Shown here one piece after another: positions 57,714-64,000 of a stretch of 64,000 bases of DNA. The translations under genes were made by a program, and so were the position numbers. This DNA comes from Bacteroidota bacterium (lineage in GTDB: Bacteria > Bacteroidota > Bacteroidia > NS11-12g > UBA955), in NCBI GenBank assembly GCA_016868785.1, contig VGFS01000001.1, forward strand, positions 20,631-84,630. Reading direction: 5' to 3'. The stretch's first letter is position 1. Each line of letters begins with the position of its first letter. Below the pieces are notes generated by a model. The model saw only the letters and a program-made list of their open reading frames with translations, did not search any database and had not been told where the DNA came from.

Positions 57714-58924
57714 GAGGATAATTTTATAAAATATTGGTGGAGTTGATGGGCCACGGCCGACCATGCAAAGGTTTCCCTCACATGCTGTCCGCCCGTTTCA
57801 CCCAATTGCTTTCTGAGGGTTTCATCGGCCAAAATTCGCAACACATGTTCGGCAAAATCTTGGGGGTTGCTGGCCATCAATATGCCTTTGCCATTTTCCA
57901 GGCCCAAACCCGCAAAGCCAACTTCTGAACATACCACCGCTTGGTTCATGGCCAGGGCTTCAAGCACTTTGTTTTGGGTACCCGCGCCAATACGCAAGGG
58001 CGATACCACCACATGGGCTTTGGCGTATTCATCGGCCAAATTGGGAATAAACCCGGTAATTTTCACCCGGTCCGAGGCCAAATCCAACACAGATTTAACA
58101 GGTCGCTGTCCGGCAATCACAAACTCAACCTCGGGATTTTTGGACACGATCAGGGGCAGGATGTCTTCCACGAAATATTGAACGGCGTCGATGTTGGGAG
58201 CGTAATCCATGTTACCGGTAAACAGAATGCGGTTGGCGATGATGGCTTCTGCCAGCTGAGGGGCAAACGAATCGATATTTACCCCGTTGGGCAAGATATC
58301 TACGTTGTTGATTCCCAAGTTCATAAGATAGGCTCTGTCTTCTAGAGAACATACCAAAGACTGTCTAAACATGGGAAGCATACGCTGTTCGTATTTGGCC
58401 ATTCTGCGGAATTCGAGTTGTCGAAACCAGCGATCCCATGGGGTTTTGGCCGCGGTAATCCGTCGTTTCCAATACAAACTAAACGCATCGGGCAAATCCA
58501 AAATGGCGGTTCTTGGGGCCGATTGCTCAAAATACTGCGACATGCGGAGGTGTTGAACATGTATCGCATCGTATTCATTTTCCAACAACACTTGTCGAAG
58601 CGATTTGGCAAAGGTGGATGAGCGAAAATAGGCCACTTGAATGGGACGCGTCTGAAAAAGTCCGATAAAAGCAGACAACGCCGATTTCCACTTGGGGCGA
58701 TATACAAAATTCACGGTGTTAAATAGCGATCGCTCTCCCCCGCCCGAATGTATTTTGCAAGTTTTCAGGTGTTCGGCGGAGGCAATGTCTTCGGCATTCT
58801 CGGCCATTGTGAGTAGATGCAGTTCGTGATGCTCGCAGAGCTGTGTCGCCAAATTGAAAATCTTCAGCTTATCGCCACGAAATGGTGGGTAAGGCATGCG
58901 ATTGGCAACGAACAGAATTTTCAC
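57710..58924 (-). CDS. GT4-family (GT-B) glycosyltransferase
   Basis: C-terminal GT4 region (FVIAGQRP...VKITGFIPN...GTQNKVLEALAMNQAVVCSE). Likely GTG start at 58924 (VKILFVANR...); ATG 58897 is the alternative. The track ATG at 59080 adds 52 non-conserved codons. Confidence 0.6.
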   Translation of the reverse strand: MKILFVANRMPYPPFRGDKLKIFNLATQLCEHHELHLLTMAENAEDIASAEHLKTCKIHSGGGERSLFNTVNFVYRPKWKSALSAFIGLFQTRPIQVAYFRSSTFAKSLRQVLLENEYDAIHVQHLRMSQYFEQSAPRTAILDLPDAFSLYWKRRITAAKTPWDRWFRQLEFRRMAKYEQRMLPMFRQSLVCSLEDRAYLMNLGINNVDILPNGVNIDSFAPQLAEAIIANRILFTGNMDYAPNIDAVQYFVEDILPLIVSKNPEVEFVIAGQRPVKSVLDLASDRVKITGFIPNLADEYAKAHVVVSPLRIGAGTQNKVLEALAMNQAVVCSEVGFAGLGLENGKGILMASNPQDFAEHVLRILADETLRKQLGETGGQHVRETFAWSAVAHQLHQYFIKLSS

Positions 58925-59039
58925 AAGAACAAAAATATCATTAGTGATCAGTAAATGGTACAATCGTTCACAAATTGCGCTTGTGTGTAGATAAACATTT
59001 GATAAAAACGCGTGAAAACTGCGGAAAACATGGGTAGTT

Positions 59040-60248
59040 TTGTTAGAGATGATACCATTAAGCAATCGCGTAGACGACATTGTAGAGAGTCAAACCTTGG
59101 CCATGACCAAACGTTCACGGGAGTTAAAATCCACCGGCGTTGATGTAATCAATTTGAGTATTGGTGAGCCAGATTTCGACACCCCTGCCCACATTTGCGC
59201 GGCAGCCTCGGCGGCAATGGCAAAAGGATACACGCACTATCCCCCGGTGGCCGGGTTGCCAGAAATGCGCACAGCGATTGCCAACAAATTGCAGCAAGAA
59301 AATGGATTGTCATACAAAGCCGAAAATATCATTGTCAGCAACGGCGCCAAACACTCTTTGTTGAATGCAATTTTGGCTTTGGTAAATCCCGGCGACGAAG
59401 TACTCATACCGGCCCCTTTTTGGGTGAGTTACCCTTCAATGATCCAATATGCGGGGGGTATCCCGGTGAGCATCCCCACATCGGTCGAAGAAGATTTCAA
59501 GGTAAGTGCGGTCAAATTGGAAGCGGCCATCACACCCAAAACCAAATTGTTGTTGTTCTCATCACCCTGTAATCCCAGCGGTAGCGTAATGAGCAAAGAT
59601 GAACTCAAAGCTTGGCGGGATGTGTTGGTGAAATACCCCAATATTTTCATTTTATCGGATGAGATTTATGAAAAAATCAACTATGCGGGCAGTCACAATA
59701 GTTTGGCGGAATATATCGAACTGCAAGACCGCATTGCCGTAATCAATGGACTATCAAAAGGTTACGCCATGACGGGCTGGCGAATGGGTTACTTGGCAGG
59801 TCCAACGGCCCTGGTAAGTGCCTGTGATAAAATTCAAGGGCTGATGACCAGCGGCGCGAGTTCTGTTTCTCAGATGGCCAGTGTTGAGGCGCTGGAAGGA
59901 CCTCAAGACAGCGTTGCGCAAATGAAAGCTGTGTTTGAAAAGCGCAGAAATGCATTTCATGCTGCTTTGTCTGAAATCCCCAACTTGCCCTGCAATTTGC
60001 CCGATGGGGCCTTTTATCTGTTCCCTGATGTAAGTTATTACTTGGGTAAGAGCACGCCAGACGGACAGTTAATCAGTACAGCGGATGATTTGTGTTTGTA
60101 CCTACTCGATAAAGGGCATGTTTCCGCGGTTTCAGGTGAAGCCTTTGGACACCCCAGTTGCATTCGATTTAGTTATGCGGCGTCGGAAGAACAGTTGATG
60201 AAAGCCGGCCATAGAATTGCTGAGGCATTGAGAAATCTCAAGGATTGA
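59040..60248 (+). CDS. PLP-dependent aspartate/aromatic aminotransferase (class I)
   Basis: LSIGEPDFDTP, NPSG and SKGYAMTGWRMGY (PLP-Lys in SKG). 402 aa. Confidence 0.8.
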   Translation: MLEMIPLSNRVDDIVESQTLAMTKRSRELKSTGVDVINLSIGEPDFDTPAHICAAASAAMAKGYTHYPPVAGLPEMRTAIANKLQQENGLSYKAENIIVSNGAKHSLLNAILALVNPGDEVLIPAPFWVSYPSMIQYAGGIPVSIPTSVEEDFKVSAVKLEAAITPKTKLLLFSSPCNPSGSVMSKDELKAWRDVLVKYPNIFILSDEIYEKINYAGSHNSLAEYIELQDRIAVINGLSKGYAMTGWRMGYLAGPTALVSACDKIQGLMTSGASSVSQMASVEALEGPQDSVAQMKAVFEKRRNAFHAALSEIPNLPCNLPDGAFYLFPDVSYYLGKSTPDGQLISTADDLCLYLLDKGHVSAVSGEAFGHPSCIRFSYAASEEQLMKAGHRIAEALRNLKD

Positions 60249-60265
60249 GTCGTATTTTTGTGGCG

Positions 60266-61249
60266 ATGAACCAGATACAAACACTGTTTAGCACATTTTC
60301 TAAGAAGCGCGTATTGATCGTGGGTGATATAATGATTGATAGTTACATCATTGGAAAGGTTGAGCGCGTATCTCCCGAAGCCCCTGTGCCAGTGGTTGAT
60401 GTTGTCCGGTTTGATCAGCGCTTGGGTGGCGCGGGCAATGTTGCATTGAACGTAAAAGCTATGGGCGCGACACCCATTTTGTGTACGGTTGTTGGTCAAG
60501 ATCAAGAAGGAAAAGACCTGCGCGAAATCATGGTCAAAAATGGACTTTCTTGTAGTGGGTTGATTCACTCCGACAAAAGAAAAACCACCCACAAAACCCG
60601 TGTTTTGGGCAACAACCATCAATTATTGCGCATCGACCATGAAATCACGACCGATTTAGATGTGGTTGATTCGTTTTTACTTGAACAGCGTTTTGTAGAG
60701 GAATTGGAAAACTGTGATGTTGTGATCTTTGAAGATTATAACAAAGGGGTTTTGCACAACAAGAACATCCAAACCCTGATTAAAATATGCATTCAAAAGG
60801 GCATACCTACCGTGGTTGACCCGAAGAAGGCAAATTTCTTGGAATACAAACAGGTTACATTGTTCAAGCCCAATTTGAAGGAAATTAAAGAGGGTTTGAA
60901 GATCGACAGCGATATGGGTGACAGAGAATCGGTGAATGACGCCATTGAGCAGTTAATGAAAGTGCTAAACAATGAGTTGACCTTGGTGACATTGTCGGAG
61001 CGAGGCGTGGTAATTAAAACCACTGAGAACACGCATCACATTCCTGCCCATCTGCGCACCATTGCCGATGTAAGTGGCGCTGGTGATACGGTTGTTTCTC
61101 TGGCTGCCTTGTGTTTGAGTGCAAAAACCGACGCCAGAACTTTGGCTGAGATTAGCAATTTGGCGGGTGGTCTTGTCTGTGAAAAGACTGGTGTGGTTCC
61201 GGTGGATAAGGAACAATTGTTGGCGGAGGCCATTCGTGTACTGGGATAA
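60266..61249 (+). CDS. PfkB-family sugar kinase, D-glycero-beta-D-manno-heptose-7-phosphate kinase (RfaE/HldE domain I)-like
   Basis: KRVLIVGDIMIDSYIIGKVERVSPEAPVPVV and GAGDT (DVSGAGDTVVS) motifs. Start at ATG 60266. Confidence 0.55.
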   Translation: MNQIQTLFSTFSKKRVLIVGDIMIDSYIIGKVERVSPEAPVPVVDVVRFDQRLGGAGNVALNVKAMGATPILCTVVGQDQEGKDLREIMVKNGLSCSGLIHSDKRKTTHKTRVLGNNHQLLRIDHEITTDLDVVDSFLLEQRFVEELENCDVVIFEDYNKGVLHNKNIQTLIKICIQKGIPTVVDPKKANFLEYKQVTLFKPNLKEIKEGLKIDSDMGDRESVNDAIEQLMKVLNNELTLVTLSERGVVIKTTENTHHIPAHLRTIADVSGAGDTVVSLAALCLSAKTDARTLAEISNLAGGLVCEKTGVVPVDKEQLLAEAIRVLG

Positions 61250-61269
61250 TTTTTTTTTGTTTATCGCAT

Positions 61270-61303
61270 AAAAAAGGCCGTCATAGACGGCCTTTTTTAT
61301 TTG
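61270..61303. terminator. bidirectional rho-independent terminator (A6-GGCCGTC-ATAGA-CGGCC-T6ATTTG)
   Basis: Lies between convergent rfaE-like (+) and T9SS adhesin (-) genes. Confidence 0.6.
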
Positions 61304-61318
61304 AATCTAGTTTATTGA

Positions 61319-64000
61319 TTATCGCAACAAGGTCAGTGTACCGTCGTATTTGTATAACTTGTCTTCGAAAGAGGTAACTTCTACGTGATAAACATAAATG
61401 CCCTGCATACATTCTGCGCCGTTAGCTCGTCCATCCCAACCTTTGGTTAAGTCATTGGTTTCATACAACTTCTCACCCCAACGGTTATAGATCGACATTT
61501 GGAATGTTTTGTAGTTCAAAGCGGCCACGTTGAATGTGTTGTTTCTGTTCGGACCCGCATCGTCTGGAGTGAAGACATCAGGGATAAACACGATGATGTC
61601 CGGACCAATGTGTACAGTTTTATAAGCGGTATCCTTACAGCCTTTATCGGTGGTTACGATCAACGTAATCTTGTATGTAGCCGTATCTTTTCCGTATGAG
61701 TATTGGGTATTTTTCGCCGTAGATGTATCATCCAACAAGCTTGGTACACCAAAATCCCACAGGTAACGCATGGTTGGGTTAAACGGCGATGCGGTTACGG
61801 TTGATTGGTTGAACATTCTGAACTTTGGCAAGGCCACAGTGGTCTTGGTAGGGTCTGTGTAGAACGACGCTACCGGTATGGGGTATGCCTCTACCGTGGT
61901 TACCGATGTATCCTTGCAGTTTCCAGCTATGTTGTTGGCCACCACACTCACGTTGTATCTGCCCTGTGTTGGGTAGATCACATTCGCAGGGTTCTGCAAA
62001 AGTGAGGTATCTCCGTTACCAAAATCCCAACGGTATGCCATCTGGTTGGATGGGATTCCGCGACCATCATTTACCGTCCATGTTGTGGTCAAAGGAACAC
62101 AACCGGTCTGCATGGTAATGGGCGACAAATCAGGATATTGGTGCAAGATGATTTCGATGCTGTCGCTGGCTTGAGGACATACATCGTTGGCAATGGCCGT
62201 GGTGGTCACTTTCAAGGAAGCCCCTTTGTCTACTTTGTCTTGCGCGCCGTGCACGTACAAAATATTCTCAGATGTGCTTCCATTGGCGAACGTTCCATCG
62301 CTCATGGTGCCGCTGGCATGCTTTTGTAATACCCATTGTACTTTGGCATCGCTGTATTTGCTCGTACTTTGGATTGCAAACGGACTGCCCTCACAGGCGC
62401 TGGCCGGTTTCGGAGTGGTGATATTGATTGTGGGTTGATTCCGCACAAACAAATTATATACCTCCGTATCGGAACATCCATTGTTGTCGGTGTAGGTAAA
62501 GCGGAAGCTATGAGGTCCTTCAATGTTCGCCGTACTACCTTGACTGAATGGCTTGAAGGTTGATGCACCCGTTACGGTAACACCCGCGCTGGTTCCTGTC
62601 CATACCCCAATGGCAGATGCTGGTTTGGTTTGCGCTGTGTTGATGCGGGTATTCAAATCCAAGGGACTGCCGCTCACACACAAGGTGGTGGGGCCCAACA
62701 ACACCGCATTGGGGGTGTCATTCACATAGATGTAGAAACTATCTTGCTTCAAACAGCCGGTTGCGGCATTGCTGTAGCGAATCATCCAAGTTCCTGTTCC
62801 GAATGAGGGCAAGAATCTGTGGCCCAACAGCAACTTGGTGTTTTTCACTTTAGGATCGTTGCGGTCGTAGTTATACTCCGTGATTTCAAACACTGAACCA
62901 TCCTTATCCTTGGCCTGCATCCCATTCACTTTGATGAAGTCGTACAGTTCCATGGTATCCCAGTTCACACACACCGGGTTGGGACTGGTTACTTTCACCG
63001 TAGGTTCGGGGATGATCTTGATGTTTACTGTATCGCAGGTTAAACAACCGGTCAACTGATCTTCCACACACAATTGGAATTTGTAATCGCCTTGGTAATT
63101 GTCTTGGGTAGGATCTCCAAACTTAAACACCCAACTTGGGGTTCCGAAAGGATTCTCGTTCACCAAAATGGTCGCGGGGTCTATACCTCCTGGGGTGCTC
63201 TTCACCGTCCAATCCACTTTGATACCGATTTTTACTTTCGGACGGAAGGTAATTTGGTCCATGTTGATTTGACCCAAATCCTGACAGAAAGAACTGTCGT
63301 GAATGTCTACCATCGGGTTACCGTTGATACGCTGAATCACACTATCCACGTTCACACAACCGTTGGTGTCTGTGTATTGGGCATATACCTTCGCTTGGAA
63401 ACTGTTACCATTTTGCAATTGGGCGTTATTCAAGAAAGTGGTTTTGAACAAATGACGACCTACGGTTAATGAGTCGATGAAGTTTCTGGCGAAGCCAGGG
63501 CCCGGACTGGTTGAAGTAGTGGGCTTTGTATTTACGTTGTTGGGGGCTTTGTTTTCAAAGGCCCACATGCGGGTGTTCACACTCTTACCTTGGTTGAAGA
63601 AGGGGTTCACTTCAATGTCACCATATACAAAGCACTGGGCCTTCAAGGGTTTTGGATCCCACTTCACATAAGGCAATGTGTTTACCTTAATCATCATGGT
63701 GTCTAGGTCCTCACACTGGTGACCGCTTTGAGTCACTTTGGTATACAACTCATAGTAGAATAATTGTGCCGCTCCACCCGGCGTATTGGTATTGTTCGGC
63801 TTAACCGTATACTTTATGTTATTGCCCAGTGATTTGCTACCCGTAATGTCTTTCCAAGTGTAGTTGCCTGTTTCCAAGAAGGGTCTGTGACTCGCTGCAA
63901 TTTCAGTACTCTTTTGGTTACAAATGGTTTGATCGTTACCCGCTAAGCTCACTACTGTATCGTTTACAAATACTATAGCCGTATCGCGCTGAGTACATTT
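61319..64000 (-). CDS. large surface protein with T9SS type-B (gliding-motility-associated CHU_C) C-terminal sorting domain; 5' end beyond window
   Basis: C-terminus ...FTPDDAGPNRNNTF...IYNRWGEKLYETNDLTKGWDGRANG...GIYVYHV matches the type-B CTD. Upstream frame stays open to nt 64000 (...TQRDTAIVFVNDTVVSLAGNDQTIC), so the N-terminus lies outside the window. Ig/PKD-like beta-rich repeats. Confidence 0.65.
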   Translation of the reverse strand, partial: KCTQRDTAIVFVNDTVVSLAGNDQTICNQKSTEIAASHRPFLETGNYTWKDITGSKSLGNNIKYTVKPNNTNTPGGAAQLFYYELYTKVTQSGHQCEDLDTMMIKVNTLPYVKWDPKPLKAQCFVYGDIEVNPFFNQGKSVNTRMWAFENKAPNNVNTKPTTSTSPGPGFARNFIDSLTVGRHLFKTTFLNNAQLQNGNSFQAKVYAQYTDTNGCVNVDSVIQRINGNPMVDIHDSSFCQDLGQINMDQITFRPKVKIGIKVDWTVKSTPGGIDPATILVNENPFGTPSWVFKFGDPTQDNYQGDYKFQLCVEDQLTGCLTCDTVNIKIIPEPTVKVTSPNPVCVNWDTMELYDFIKVNGMQAKDKDGSVFEITEYNYDRNDPKVKNTKLLLGHRFLPSFGTGTWMIRYSNAATGCLKQDSFYIYVNDTPNAVLLGPTTLCVSGSPLDLNTRINTAQTKPASAIGVWTGTSAGVTVTGASTFKPFSQGSTANIEGPHSFRFTYTDNNGCSDTEVYNLFVRNQPTINITTPKPASACEGSPFAIQSTSKYSDAKVQWVLQKHASGTMSDGTFANGSTSENILYVHGAQDKVDKGASLKVTTTAIANDVCPQASDSIEIILHQYPDLSPITMQTGCVPLTTTWTVNDGRGIPSNQMAYRWDFGNGDTSLLQNPANVIYPTQGRYNVSVVANNIAGNCKDTSVTTVEAYPIPVASFYTDPTKTTVALPKFRMFNQSTVTASPFNPTMRYLWDFGVPSLLDDTSTAKNTQYSYGKDTATYKITLIVTTDKGCKDTAYKTVHIGPDIIVFIPDVFTPDDAGPNRNNTFNVAALNYKTFQMSIYNRWGEKLYETNDLTKGWDGRANGAECMQGIYVYHVEVTSFEDKLYKYDGTLTLLR

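Noticed and set aside
58925-59080. ATG start at 59080 for the GT4 glycosyltransferase (456-aa version)
   Set aside because: The extra 52 N-terminal codons (MSSTRLLNGIISNKTTHVFRSF...) are not GT-like and would place the start 40 nt from the divergent aspC ATG. The GT fold begins at VKILFVANR (GTG 58924).
1-64000. CRISPR arrays, IS elements, integrases, phage genes, toxin-antitoxin or known defence-system genes
   Set aside because: No direct-repeat/spacer arrays, no transposase/integrase-like ORFs, no tRNA-adjacent GC-skewed island and no NTPase/nuclease/HEPN-like ORFs were recognisable. The window is core housekeeping and respiratory content.

Overview
This 64-kb window looks like Bacteroidetes chromosomal DNA, probably a Cytophagia/Sphingobacteriia/Saprospiria-type genome. 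Evidence: about 45% GC, TAnnTTTG-type -7 promoter boxes, no Shine-Dalgarno dependence, two T9SS C-terminal sorting domains, and a DUF1015-serA-serC cluster. The window is densely packed with housekeeping and respiratory genes and has no obvious mobile DNA, CRISPR array or rRNA. Main content, in order:
- 1-739: the 3' end of an outer-membrane beta-barrel gene.
- 807-6330: the mreB-mreC-mreD-mrdA(PBP2)-rodA cell-shape operon.
- 6356-11494: a secreted CRTAC1-like VCBS/FG-GAP lipoprotein and a PAP2/vanadium-haloperoxidase-like lipoprotein.
- 11497-14115, minus strand: valS.
- 14212-22670, minus strand: a complete alternative complex III operon (actABCDEF) with its own terminator.
- 22912-28752: a lytic transglycosylase, a TPR protein, a queuosine-precursor transporter, a His-rich metal-transporter-like membrane protein, and rpsA with an unusual C-terminal extension.
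- 28792-37725: a 939-aa GT-C-like/TPR membrane protein, an LpxL-family acyltransferase, an M42 peptidase, a membrane fatty-acid desaturase, tRNA-Val(TAC), a YfhO-family membrane protein and a nitroreductase.
- 37790-41349: an ArsR regulator and the DUF1015-serA-serC serine cluster.
- 42011-49367, minus strand: a truncated NDH-1 cluster (nuoI-J-K-L-M-N) whose first gene is an OmpA-like, Cys-rich protein.
- 49459-54092: a T9SS type-A cargo protein and a K+-dependent-type membrane pyrophosphatase carrying a 15-Cys C-terminal tail.
- 54372-64000: a 1113-aa BNR/Asp-box protein, a GT4 glycosyltransferase, an aspartate aminotransferase, a heptose-7-phosphate kinase-like gene, and the 3' part of a giant T9SS type-B adhesin that runs off the window end.
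The ORF track treats GTG/TTG as start codons, and many antisense ORFs inside long genes are spurious. The most interesting unexplained items are:
- an unannotated 51-aa basic ORF with its own promoter and terminator;
- ActA with a sixth haem domain;
- the metallothionein-like tail on the pyrophosphatase;
- the S1 extension with KSEKA tandem repeats plus a helix-hairpin-helix motif;
- the OmpA-led partial nuo cluster.
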